The position numbers were made by a program, and so were the translations under genes. Below are positions 35,184 to 45,099 of a DNA stretch of 64,000 nt, in pieces. Origin of the DNA: a virus; the IMG/VR virus record IMGVR_UViG_3300048999_000052, positions 19,491 to 83,490 of that record; one strand, written 5' to 3'. Positions within the stretch are counted from its first letter, which is position 1, and each line of letters opens with the position of its first letter. The notes beneath the pieces were generated by a model that had not been told where the DNA came from, made no database searches, and was given only the letters and a program-made list of their open reading frames with translations.

Positions 35184-36674
35184 ATGCCCATCGTCTTGGA
35201 CCGCCCGCCAAGAACCGACGACGAACTGTGGCATCTGGTTCGGGCGTTGTGGGGTCACACCATTCCGCGCGTGAAAGTGTGCCCGGAGCACAACGCCCCG
35301 TTCGAGGCCTTCTCGACGGCGTACTTCTCCAAGGAGCCGATGTCGCTGATCCACGGCTCGCGTGGTCTGTCGGGCAAATCCCGACTGCTCTCGATCCTGG
35401 GTCTGACCAAAGCTGCCGTTTTGGGCTCGGACGTCAACATCGTCGGTGGCTCGCTGAACCAGTCGAACAACATCCACGAGACCATGCGGGACGCCTGGGA
35501 GCACGAACACGCGCCCAAGTACCTGATCAAGGACGAGTCGATGACGATCGTCCGGCTGCGCAACGGGGCCAAGATCCGCCCGCTGACGGCATCGCAGAAA
35601 ACCGTCCGTGGTCCGCACCCGCCCACGCTGCTGCTGGATGAGATCGACGAAATGGACCAGGCCATCTTGGACGCGGCCCTGGGCCAGCCGATGCCGCAGA
35701 AGAACTATCTGGGTGAGACGATCCCAGCGGTGACGCTGATGTCGTCCACCTGGCAGTACCCGGACAAGACCTTCGCGACCATGTACCAGCGGTTCCAAGA
35801 CGAGGACCTACCGATCTTCTCCTGGTGCATGAAGGACACCTCGAACCCGGTGGATGGCTGGTTGGACCCAGCTTTCATCGAGCAGAAGAAGCGCGAGATC
35901 CCGGCCGAGATGTGGCGGGTGGAGTACGAGCTGGGTGAGCCTTCGATCGGCACCCGTGCCTTCGACTCGGAGATGGTGGAGAAGACGTTCTCCGAGCCAT
36001 TGCCCGAGCCGAAGAAGATCGCCAAGGACTTCGAGCAGTACATGATCCACGACTACCGGATGGACACCGACTACGTCATCGCCGCTGACTGGGCCAAGGA
36101 GCAGGACTTCACCGTGATCACGGTCTGGTCTTGCACCAACCTGCCGATGCGGTTGTGCTACTACCTACGGCTGCGTAGGCGCCCGTACCCGGTGATGATC
36201 GAGTACTACAACAAGCTGATGCGCAAGTACAACGCCGAGGGCATCCACGACGCCACCGGTCTAGGCAACGTGGTGGGTGACTACCTGGACACCCGGGTTC
36301 GCGGCTTCTTGATGACCGGTGCGCAGCGCGACAACATGCTGAGCGAGTACGTGGCTGCGGTGGAGAACGACAAGGTCCGCGCAGCCCGCATCCCGTCGAT
36401 CTACAAGAATCACCTCTACTGTTCGGTAGAGGCGATGTACTCCAGAGCCAAGGAGTTCCATCTCCCCGACGAAGTGTGTTCATCTGCGCTGGCCTGGAAG
36501 CTGGTCAGTCAGCGTCCACAAGCGGTGCTACCGCTGATGATCTCGGGTCAGGACGACTCGAACTGGATGCGTCGGCACGTGGATGCCAACACCAAGTCCG
36601 GGCGGAAGACCGCCTGGGACGTCGGTGAAGTGCACAAGTTGGACAACAGGGACGAGTACTCCCTGATGGTCTGA
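35184..36674 (+). CDS. terL: terminase large subunit
   Basis: Walker A GSRGLSGKS, Walker B LLLDE, VEY, nuclease IAADWA...DATGLG...PDEV; precedes the portal. Confidence 0.9.
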   Translation: MPIVLDRPPRTDDELWHLVRALWGHTIPRVKVCPEHNAPFEAFSTAYFSKEPMSLIHGSRGLSGKSRLLSILGLTKAAVLGSDVNIVGGSLNQSNNIHETMRDAWEHEHAPKYLIKDESMTIVRLRNGAKIRPLTASQKTVRGPHPPTLLLDEIDEMDQAILDAALGQPMPQKNYLGETIPAVTLMSSTWQYPDKTFATMYQRFQDEDLPIFSWCMKDTSNPVDGWLDPAFIEQKKREIPAEMWRVEYELGEPSIGTRAFDSEMVEKTFSEPLPEPKKIAKDFEQYMIHDYRMDTDYVIAADWAKEQDFTVITVWSCTNLPMRLCYYLRLRRRPYPVMIEYYNKLMRKYNAEGIHDATGLGNVVGDYLDTRVRGFLMTGAQRDNMLSEYVAAVENDKVRAARIPSIYKNHLYCSVEAMYSRAKEFHLPDEVCSSALAWKLVSQRPQAVLPLMISGQDDSNWMRRHVDANTKSGRKTAWDVGEVHKLDNRDEYSLMV

Positions 36675-36675
36675 T

Positions 36676-36700
36676 GTGACAGCGTAGGGAGACTGGGTAC
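36676..36700 (+). promoter_or_regulatory. candidate late leaderless promoter GTGACAG-N6-GAGACT-N6-ATG
   Basis: Identical spacing to 30293-30317. Confidence 0.45.
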
Positions 36701-38707
36701 ATGGCGAGCTTCGGCGTGGATGATGTGCGGATCTGGGAGGACGTGTCTGAGCCCGTCTCCCAGAACTGGAATCCGCTCGTCGAGCGAGGCGTCACTGGCG
36801 TCAAGCGGTCAGCTGGTCTGATCGATGAGGAGTTCCTTCCGGCACTGCGCGGGCGCAAGGCCATCGAGGTCTTCCGGGAGATGTCCACCAACGACTCGAT
36901 CGTTGGCGCGCTGTTGTTCGCGATCGACAAGCTGATCCGTGAGGTGGAATGGCATGTCGAGGCTCCGGACAACACCCCGGAAGGCACTGAGTGCGCGGAC
37001 TTCCTGGAAAGTTGCATGGACGACATGGAGCACAGCTGGGACGACTTTGTCTCAGAGGTGATGACCATGTTGGTCTTCGGCTGGTCCTGGCACGAGATCG
37101 TCTACAAGAAGCGGATCGGTCCGTGGGAGAAGGACGGGCGGAAGAAGTCGAACTACGACGACGGGATGATCGGCTGGCGCAAGATGCCGATCCGGTCGCA
37201 GGAGACGATGCTGCGCTGGCTGTTCGACAAGAACGGTGACGTCGAGGGTCTGGTTCAGCTGGCCCCGCCGTTCTACCAGGTCACCACCATCCCGATGTCC
37301 AAGAGCCTGTTGTTCCGTACTGCACCCTCCAAGGGCAACCCGGAGGGTCGCTCGCTGCTGCGGACGGCGTACCGGTCCTGGTACTTCAAGAAGCGCCTGG
37401 AGGAGTTCGAGGGCATCGGTGTTGAGCGTGACCTGGCTGGTATGCCGGTGGCTCGGGTGCCTGCGGACTACCTGAACGCGCCCACTGGCTCGCAGAAGGC
37501 CAAGGTCGTCGACGGCTTCCGCAAGATGGTCCGGGGCGTACGCCGGGACGAGAATGAGGGCCTAGTGCTCCCGGTGATGTATGACCCGGACACCAAGCAG
37601 CCGCTGTTCGACTTCGAATTGATGAGCTCTTCGGGAGCGCGCCAGTTCGATACCAACGCGATCATCCAGCGCTACGAGCAGCGGATCTTGATGTCGTGCC
37701 TGGCGGACTTCATTCTGGTCGGGCACGAGCAGTCCGGTTCGTACTCGATGCACACTGACAAGACCGGCATCTTCCGGGCTTCGCTGAACTCGATCACCAA
37801 GAACATCGCCGACACTCTCAACCGCAAGGCCATCCCCAAGCTGTTCGAGCTGAACGGCTGGAAGGTCCGCGAGCTGCCCAAGATCGTCGCCTCCGAGATT
37901 GACCCGCCGGACCTGACCCAGCTCGGCCAACTGATCAGCTCCACGGCGGGGGCTGGCATGCAGTGGTTCCCGGACCCGGAGCTGGAGAAGTTCATTCGGG
38001 ATATCGCTCGGCTGCCGGAGATGCCGGACGAGGTCTTGGAGATCAAGCGCCAGCAGGCCATGCAGGAGCAGGCGATGAGCCTGGCCGACAGCCAGATGCA
38101 GATGCTGGGTCTGCAGCAGAAGGCTGAGCTGACCTCGCAGGGTTACAGCCCGGAGCAGGCACAGATGATCGGTGAGACCCCGACGCCAGAGATGGCCGGC
38201 TATCAGACCGATCAAATGATGCAGCAGCAGCAGGCTGATCTGGAGATGCAGTCGCAGTACGCGATGAAGGACGACCCGGCGGCAGCTGCTCAGCACAGCC
38301 GAGACAACGAAGCCTTCGCTCGGGACCAGAAGGGCAAGGACGCTGATCTCAAGCGTCAGCAGCAGCAGCTGGCTTTGCAGGACCAATACAAGAACAAGGA
38401 CCTGGGCCGGGAGAAGGAGAAGGCCAAGCTCAACGAGCGCGGCCACAAGACCAAGGTCCAGCTGGAAGGCATGAAGGGCAAGGTCGGGGTCCAAAACGAG
38501 AAGGGCAAGTTGAGCCTGGAGGCTCAGCGGGCCAAGATCGCTGACCAGGCCGACAAGTCCAAGTTCGACCGGCAGATGGCCATGCTGAAAGAGAAGGGCA
38601 AGCAGACCCGTACTGCTGCCAGCAAGAAGCCTCTACCGGGCAAGACCGTAGCGGCAGCTAAGAAGACCGCGGCCAAGAAGACGCCGCCGAAGAAGAAGGG
38701 GCGCTGA
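36701..38707 (+). CDS. portal protein (DUF935-like) with long Gln/Lys-rich C-terminal extension
   Basis: FGWS.HEIVY, NPEGRSLLR.AY..W, GVERDLAGMP, GSYS, IP.L..LN. Confidence 0.9.
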   Translation: MASFGVDDVRIWEDVSEPVSQNWNPLVERGVTGVKRSAGLIDEEFLPALRGRKAIEVFREMSTNDSIVGALLFAIDKLIREVEWHVEAPDNTPEGTECADFLESCMDDMEHSWDDFVSEVMTMLVFGWSWHEIVYKKRIGPWEKDGRKKSNYDDGMIGWRKMPIRSQETMLRWLFDKNGDVEGLVQLAPPFYQVTTIPMSKSLLFRTAPSKGNPEGRSLLRTAYRSWYFKKRLEEFEGIGVERDLAGMPVARVPADYLNAPTGSQKAKVVDGFRKMVRGVRRDENEGLVLPVMYDPDTKQPLFDFELMSSSGARQFDTNAIIQRYEQRILMSCLADFILVGHEQSGSYSMHTDKTGIFRASLNSITKNIADTLNRKAIPKLFELNGWKVRELPKIVASEIDPPDLTQLGQLISSTAGAGMQWFPDPELEKFIRDIARLPEMPDEVLEIKRQQAMQEQAMSLADSQMQMLGLQQKAELTSQGYSPEQAQMIGETPTPEMAGYQTDQMMQQQQADLEMQSQYAMKDDPAAAAQHSRDNEAFARDQKGKDADLKRQQQQLALQDQYKNKDLGREKEKAKLNERGHKTKVQLEGMKGKVGVQNEKGKLSLEAQRAKIADQADKSKFDRQMAMLKEKGKQTRTAASKKPLPGKTVAAAKKTAAKKTPPKKKGR

Positions 38708-41700
38708 TGTTCATACCGGTCTTCAAGAGTGCCGACCCGGACTTCAACTACCACGCTGCCGACCTGGCGGCGAAGCTCGTCATGGCCATGGACGAGGACG
38801 AGGCGCGGATGTTCACCACCTGCGTCGTGGCCGACATCCTCTGGGACGACATCGAGAAGAACCAGCGCTCGCTCCAGCGCCACCTCAACTCGGTGGTGTC
38901 CAAGCGGATCCAGATGGTGGCCAAGGCAGCCGATCGGCTGGTGTCCAAGCGGGACAACAACGACTTCGGTACGGCGCTGGTGGAGATCTCCAAGGCCACC
39001 CGCAACCCCTACGACTTCGGCTACGTTTTCAACGAGTCCGACTTCAACCGTGACCCCAGCTCCGGTCAGTTCCGGTCCAAGGTTAGGTACACGGCCTCTA
39101 GGCCGGTGCCGAACAAGGTCGCCCGGGCTACGCCGAACCTGCCCAACCCGGACAAGACCAAGCACCTGAACGCGGCTGAGAAGGCGCGCTACCAGCAGGG
39201 CTACCAGCAGATCGCTAACTTCTTGGACACCATGCGCCAGTCCGGGCTGGCTGGCGACACGAAGACCTATGTCACCGTCCACGACACCGCTGAGAACCGG
39301 ACTTACGTCAAGGAAGTCAGCGGCACCGACGTGCCCACGATTGACCCCAAAACCGAGGCATTTGTCGGGATCGAAGCACGTCCCACGTCGTTGAACGTGG
39401 GCGGCGCTAGCTTCGGCCTGGTAAGTGCTCTGGGTGGTGGAGCCCATCGAGCTGACCGGGCCGGAGCTACTGCGCAGGCAGTCGATGACAATGTTCGCTC
39501 GTTCGCCACTGACTGGACCTCGGCTGGGATGGACAACCCGTTGTCCAGCAATGCTCGGCTGTATGGCCGGGTGGAGGCTGGCTCGCGGTTCCTGGGTCAG
39601 GTCGCTCCGGCTGGTTCCAAGCTGCACATGGCTGCCACCTTCGGTGAGTTCGTCGGCCGCCAAGGACCGCAGGCTGAGCGCGTGCTGGGACCGCGCGCGC
39701 GTACCACCATGTACCGCTACCGGGGTACGGAGAAGACCCCGGACAGCGAACTGACTGGCCCCTACAACCGGCAGCGCACCGGTGGTTACGCGATCGAGAA
39801 CCTGAACCCGGAGAACCAGGCCAAGATCCGCCAACTCCAGCGCGCGGCAATCACCCGGTACAAGAATGCCCACGGCGGCAAGATCAGCACCAAGGAGGCT
39901 GAGGAGGTTCGCCAGAACGTGCTACGGCGCTCCTTCGGGGTCTCCGACAAGGACGCCCGGATGGGTGCGGAGGGTGGCAAGATCCGCGCCTTCCAGACCG
40001 CTCAGGCCTTCATGATGTCCAAGGTGCCAACCGGCAAGCTCTACGACTTGCAGCTGAAGTCTGGGCACACGCCGCCGTCCGAGGGCGTCATCATCGACAA
40101 GGACGGCAAGATCGTCACCCAGGCGATTGGCTACGGTGACGACCACTACCTGCCCTTCAACCTGAAGAACCTGAAGGGGCTGCGCGGTGGTGAATACATC
40201 CGCACCCGGTCTGTGGGTGGTCCGACTACCGAAGACATCTACACCGGTTTGGTGTCTGGTGCGCATCGGCTCACCGTGGTCTCTCGTTCTGGCACCTTCA
40301 CCATCACCTTCGACGACACTTTCCGTAGTACGCGTCGGTACAACGACAAGGCTGGTCGGATGGTGGACCGGTACGGGAAGATTCTTGATGCGATCAAGTC
40401 TGAGCAGGTAGAACGCCAGCCGCTGGATCCCACTGTCCGGGCGAAGATCGCCAACGACGTGGAGACCGAGATGGGCTGGGCGCCGGCTCGGGAACAGCGC
40501 AACGAGATCCGTCGTCGCGAAGCCGAGTACAAGGAGAACCCGTACCTCACCGATGAGGACGAGGCCCAGATCGAGCGGGTCGTTCAGCGCCACGGTGGCT
40601 CGGATGCCGACAAGCAGCGGACCCGAGCTGAGCTACGTAACCAAGCGCTGGAGGACAAGGCTTACAACTTCCGGCTTAACGGTGACGGTTACGCAGCTGG
40701 CATCAAGGCGCTGGAGGAGCAGTTCCCGTACTACATCGCTGACGCTACCCACCGACCCACCCGTGAGGGTCGCTACGAGGGTGCTGGCGACCGGGGCTAC
40801 GTGAAGCCGCGCTTCAACCGGCCCAGCGAAGCCCTGGAGGGCTACTTCGACCCCTCGATCAGCGGTGAGGGCACCTTCTCCAACCCTCGGGGCGAGAAGA
40901 CCGGCAAGAACCGCGCTGACCGGATGGACTACCAGAACTCCCGGGGACGACTGACTCGGGTGGATGCTACCGAGCGGGCTCCGGGTGAGAAGGAAGCTGA
41001 GCCGGCGGTGGCTCGTCCGCCAGCTGACACGGTGGCTGCTCCCACTCCGGCCGAAGTAATGGCGGATCGGATTGAGACTGCTGCGGCCCGGCAGAGCCTG
41101 ACTGATCGTGCCGTTGAGCTGCAGCAGGCAGTAGCAGCCCGGACGGTTGCTGCCGGTGGAGACCCTGGTCCGCTGAAGGACTTCATCAGCCTGAGCCCGG
41201 AGGAGTTCCGGAACTGGTACGCCTCACCGGCCAACCAGGACACCTTCCACCGCCAGGTCGAGGCCACCATCCGACCGAACATGGACCGGCTGGGAGTCAA
41301 GGACCAGCTGACCAACTACGGAGCAGCGCGCGGGTTGGCAGGCGGGGAGAAGTTCAACCGGGCCAATCACATGGCTACCGTGCCGGATCAGCCCTACACC
41401 TTCGAGGGTGCGCCCTACATGCGTGGCGGCAATCTGGACAAGAAGGAGCGCGAGCTGCAGCGGATCGCGGCTCGGACCAAGGTGCCGGACTTCGGCTCGC
41501 TGGCGGACATGGAACACGACGATGACTTCAAGGAAGCGCTGCGTTCGGCTCAGAAGCTTCGGGTGATCTCTGACCAGCTGGCGCAATACCCGCCGGATGA
41601 GAACGGCAGCCGTAACTCCTACCTGATGGCACTGGCTCAGAATGATGAGACGGTGGCGGCGATGTCGCCAGAGGAGAAGCGACTGCTGACCGAGCCCGGT

Positions 41701-42138
41701 CGAGTCGACCAGATGGTCGAGGACGTCAACCGGGCCTGGGCACTGCGCAAGCTGATCGGTCCGAAGACCACCCTGACCACCAGTACCGGACGGCTGGAAC
41801 CTACCGGGCAGACCATCGCTACACCGCCGCAGACTCCGGTGCAGCGAGCCGAAGCCTCGGTAGTGACGCCAGCCTCGAACCGAAGGGCTGCTCGAAGCTA
41901 CCGCGAGGCATTGTCGACCTACGCTCAGCGGATTGCCGATATCAACCCGCAGGCAGCCGACGCACTCAACGACGTCGCCAGCCAGTTCGACATTGCCCAG
42001 CACACGCCCGAGGCCAGCGTGCAGAGCGAGTTCAACGCTGCTCAGGCAGCATTGATGGACCTGACCACTGACTTCCCGCAGTTCAAGAAGGGGATCGAGG
42101 AGGACATCATGCGCCGCCTGCATGAGGACAACCGGTGA
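38707..42138 (+). CDS. large internal head protein (1143 aa) with degenerate JAB/MPN-like domain
   Basis: Between portal and MuF; N-terminal [VI]xK-rich segment, RD..GQF motif, EGVIIDKDG...RTRSVGGPTTEDI. Confidence 0.65.
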   Translation: MFIPVFKSADPDFNYHAADLAAKLVMAMDEDEARMFTTCVVADILWDDIEKNQRSLQRHLNSVVSKRIQMVAKAADRLVSKRDNNDFGTALVEISKATRNPYDFGYVFNESDFNRDPSSGQFRSKVRYTASRPVPNKVARATPNLPNPDKTKHLNAAEKARYQQGYQQIANFLDTMRQSGLAGDTKTYVTVHDTAENRTYVKEVSGTDVPTIDPKTEAFVGIEARPTSLNVGGASFGLVSALGGGAHRADRAGATAQAVDDNVRSFATDWTSAGMDNPLSSNARLYGRVEAGSRFLGQVAPAGSKLHMAATFGEFVGRQGPQAERVLGPRARTTMYRYRGTEKTPDSELTGPYNRQRTGGYAIENLNPENQAKIRQLQRAAITRYKNAHGGKISTKEAEEVRQNVLRRSFGVSDKDARMGAEGGKIRAFQTAQAFMMSKVPTGKLYDLQLKSGHTPPSEGVIIDKDGKIVTQAIGYGDDHYLPFNLKNLKGLRGGEYIRTRSVGGPTTEDIYTGLVSGAHRLTVVSRSGTFTITFDDTFRSTRRYNDKAGRMVDRYGKILDAIKSEQVERQPLDPTVRAKIANDVETEMGWAPAREQRNEIRRREAEYKENPYLTDEDEAQIERVVQRHGGSDADKQRTRAELRNQALEDKAYNFRLNGDGYAAGIKALEEQFPYYIADATHRPTREGRYEGAGDRGYVKPRFNRPSEALEGYFDPSISGEGTFSNPRGEKTGKNRADRMDYQNSRGRLTRVDATERAPGEKEAEPAVARPPADTVAAPTPAEVMADRIETAAARQSLTDRAVELQQAVAARTVAAGGDPGPLKDFISLSPEEFRNWYASPANQDTFHRQVEATIRPNMDRLGVKDQLTNYGAARGLAGGEKFNRANHMATVPDQPYTFEGAPYMRGGNLDKKERELQRIAARTKVPDFGSLADMEHDDDFKEALRSAQKLRVISDQLAQYPPDENGSRNSYLMALAQNDETVAAMSPEEKRLLTEPGRVDQMVEDVNRAWALRKLIGPKTTLTTSTGRLEPTGQTIATPPQTPVQRAEASVVTPASNRRAARSYREALSTYAQRIADINPQAADALNDVASQFDIAQHTPEASVQSEFNAAQAALMDLTTDFPQFKKGIEEDIMRRLHEDNR

Positions 42139-44123
42139 CGGCTGATCTGTTCGAGGACCCGGGCCAGGAACTCCTGGCTCGGGGCACCGCTGACCCGATT
42201 GAGGCGCTCCAGCTCAGTCAGGCCGAGCAGGACCAGCTCGACGTGGTTCGGGGCGAGGCTAACTCGGCTCGGACGCTAGCCCAGGTCGGGCTGGTCCTCG
42301 GTGCCGCCTTCTTGCTGTACCGCCACTATGTCCACCGCCGGACTTTGGCTCAAGTAAGTTCCCAGCCTGAATCGCGCTTCCTTCAGGCTCTGACCTTGCG
42401 CAACGCTCGGAACTTCATCCCGGCCTGGGTGTACATGGTCACGCCCGCACTGGAGACCGCCTACACGGTCGGCATGGTCCGGGGCGGGAATGCCGCTATC
42501 CCGGACGAGATGGTTACCCAGTACGCCCAGCGGTACGCAACCGACATCGCTGACTACATCAACGAGACCTCGGCGCAGGCACTGGCTGAGGGCTTCAATG
42601 CCTACGTCAACAAGAAGGTGGCTCGGCGGGTAGCAGCCGAGAAGGCACTGCAGGGCTTCGGACTGAACAGCAGGATGATGCGTGCCCTGGTCGGGCGGGT
42701 AGCCCGGGCCAAGGTCGACTCGGTGGTTGAACTCAATCACGATGCCTCCACCCGGGACTGGATCGAAATGATGCTGGTCCAGCGGGCGCACGACATCGGG
42801 GACAACGAGGGCTTCAATGTCTCCCAACATGGACAACAGATCACCTGGTTGTACCTACAGCGGACGGGGCGACTGTCGCCAGCCGCACTCAAGGTCTGGC
42901 ACACCGCCCGGGACGAACGTGTGTGTCCGTCATGCGGTCCGCTGGATAAGCAGGCCGTACCGGTCAACCAGCCCTTCACGACCGTCTTTGGGAAGCTGTG
43001 GGTGCCTTCGATGCATCCAAACTGTCGTTGCGAGGTGCGACTCCGGTCTCTGGTGCGAGATGAGTTCGTAGCTGAGCAGGTGGCTAAGGCCGATGCCTTC
43101 CTGGAGCGCGAGCACCCGCGTGGGCGCGATGGTCGGTTCCGGGCGAAGCCAGCGGCTGAGCGCGAGCGCGAAAGCGATCTGGAAAGGTTGCTCCGTGAAG
43201 TCGAAGAGCGCGAAGCACCGCCGGAGCCGGCTGTCGATCTGGGTGAAGCGGTTGATCTGGGTACGGGTGTGGATCTGGGCGCAGCTTCACTCGGAGGCAC
43301 CTCCCTGGCCGGAGTCGACCTCGGACCCGTCAATCTTGGCCAAGCCGAACAAGTCGAACTGGCTCAACCAGCCGTAAGCATCCCGGCCGTCTCGCTGCCG
43401 CAGGAGCAGGTTGAGTTGGCTGGTCAGCAGATGGTGTCGCTGGCTACCGACCAGACGGCAGTGATGCTGACCGAAGCTCCTCGGGCGCCAATTCAGGCCA
43501 AGGGGCCGGGGATCATCAATCTGCCCGACACCTTGTACAGGCTGGATACGGCTGGCTTCCACTTCCACCCGGAGTACTCCGATCACCTGACCTGGTCCGA
43601 TGACGGCGAGGTGGAGTACGCCTTCTTTGGTCCAGAGCATGAGTTCACTACGCATCAGAACACGGTGGACGCAATAAAGGCGCTGTACGAGCAGGAGATC
43701 GAGCGGGAGACCACTCGGATCATGACCGAGGGCAGGAACTACGTCGGTGCCCAGGGACGCGACCCGCTGCAGCTGGATCGGCACTTTGTCCGGGCTGCGA
43801 TCGAGGCTGAGGTCACTGGCTCTCCTGATCACCCTGGTTTCCGTACCTATGCCAACGCGATGGGGATCCACCGTAGCGAATGGATCCTGCGGGTTTATCG
43901 GATGGACCGGGCCTACTCCGAAGGCTTCGTCGGTGAGATGAGCGCGCACGGCGAGACCGAGTTCTTCCAGGCGCCCGGACGGTACTACGCCGAGGACGAG
44001 CTGCTAGCCACCGAAGAGTGGGACGGCTGGCCGGTGGCTGTGGTGGATGTCGAGCCGGAAGAGGAGGAGGGGCAATTCGATGACTTCCGCACCCGCAACC
44101 GTGATGACTGGCCACCGAGCTGA
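42135..44123 (+). CDS. MuF/SPP1 gp7-like head morphogenesis protein with C-terminal extension
   Basis: KVWHTARDERVCPSCGPLD...PSMHPNCRC; HPRGRDGRF; VDLG repeats. Confidence 0.85.
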   Translation: MTADLFEDPGQELLARGTADPIEALQLSQAEQDQLDVVRGEANSARTLAQVGLVLGAAFLLYRHYVHRRTLAQVSSQPESRFLQALTLRNARNFIPAWVYMVTPALETAYTVGMVRGGNAAIPDEMVTQYAQRYATDIADYINETSAQALAEGFNAYVNKKVARRVAAEKALQGFGLNSRMMRALVGRVARAKVDSVVELNHDASTRDWIEMMLVQRAHDIGDNEGFNVSQHGQQITWLYLQRTGRLSPAALKVWHTARDERVCPSCGPLDKQAVPVNQPFTTVFGKLWVPSMHPNCRCEVRLRSLVRDEFVAEQVAKADAFLEREHPRGRDGRFRAKPAAERERESDLERLLREVEEREAPPEPAVDLGEAVDLGTGVDLGAASLGGTSLAGVDLGPVNLGQAEQVELAQPAVSIPAVSLPQEQVELAGQQMVSLATDQTAVMLTEAPRAPIQAKGPGIINLPDTLYRLDTAGFHFHPEYSDHLTWSDDGEVEYAFFGPEHEFTTHQNTVDAIKALYEQEIERETTRIMTEGRNYVGAQGRDPLQLDRHFVRAAIEAEVTGSPDHPGFRTYANAMGIHRSEWILRVYRMDRAYSEGFVGEMSAHGETEFFQAPGRYYAEDELLATEEWDGWPVAVVDVEPEEEEGQFDDFRTRNRDDWPPS

Positions 44124-44133
44124 CCATGAAGTC

Positions 44134-45099
44134 ATGACCAGCGCAATCCAGGATGTAGCCGAGCTGCTATTTGGCGACGGCGCGGACGAGCTGGTGCGTA
44201 AGATGAACCCTACCCAGTCCGACCTGGCTGCCAAGAAAAAGCGTGAGCGGACCCAGGCCCAGGTCGGTCTGGCCTCCAACCTTGTCGGGATCACCGCTGG
44301 TACGGCTGCGACAGCTGAAGCCGCGGGCAAGTTCAAGGAAGCTCGCCGGCTCAAGCGCGGCCTGTTGACTGAGGCCAAGGTGCCGGGCAAGATCGCCACT
44401 TCACTGGGACACATCAAGACCAAGCACGTAGTCGGGCTGGCTGCGGCTGGTCTTGGCCTGCAGGCGGCCAACGTGGCTGGCGATGCGATCGCCAACCGGG
44501 TGCTGGCCCGTAGCGCCAAGATGCCCCAGGATCACAAGAAGAAGATTCAGAAGAACAAGAACGAGTACGCCACCGACATCACCTTGTCTCGGGGCAAGCT
44601 GGCGATGGCTGGGGTGAAGACCGGCAAGAAGGCTGCTCCGGTGATGGTGGACACTGCCCGCAAGATCGAGAGCAAGGTCCAGAAGGATTTGGACATCACC
44701 TGGGAGGGTGAGTTCTCCAAGTTCGACACCGACAAGAAGCAGGTCTTCGGCTGGGCTTCGGTGGTGGAGATCGGTGGTGAGCCGGTGATCGATCGTCAGG
44801 GTGACTACATCTCCCCCGACGAGATCGAGAAGGCGGCGTACTCCTACGTGGTCAAGTCCCGCAAGGGCGGGGACATGCATCAGCGCACCGGCGAAGTACC
44901 GCTGCACGTCTCGGACATGATCGAGTCGTTCATGGTCACGCCGGAGAAGCTGGAGAAGATGGGACTGCCTTCGGACGCACTGCCCACCGGTTGGTGGGTC
45001 GGGTACCAGATCAACGACGACAAGACCTGGGACCTGGTGAAGAAGGGCGAACGGACGGGGTTCTCTATCCACGGTCGTGGCAAGCGGAAGGACCTCTGA
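44134..45099 (+). CDS. XkdF-like prohead serine protease core fused to an N-terminal Gly-zipper region
   Basis: VFGWASV...DRQGD.I...EIEKAAY...DMH...IESF...GWWVG..I.D...W..VKKGE.TGFSI.G. Confidence 0.85.
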   Translation: MTSAIQDVAELLFGDGADELVRKMNPTQSDLAAKKKRERTQAQVGLASNLVGITAGTAATAEAAGKFKEARRLKRGLLTEAKVPGKIATSLGHIKTKHVVGLAAAGLGLQAANVAGDAIANRVLARSAKMPQDHKKKIQKNKNEYATDITLSRGKLAMAGVKTGKKAAPVMVDTARKIESKVQKDLDITWEGEFSKFDTDKKQVFGWASVVEIGGEPVIDRQGDYISPDEIEKAAYSYVVKSRKGGDMHQRTGEVPLHVSDMIESFMVTPEKLEKMGLPSDALPTGWWVGYQINDDKTWDLVKKGERTGFSIHGRGKRKDL

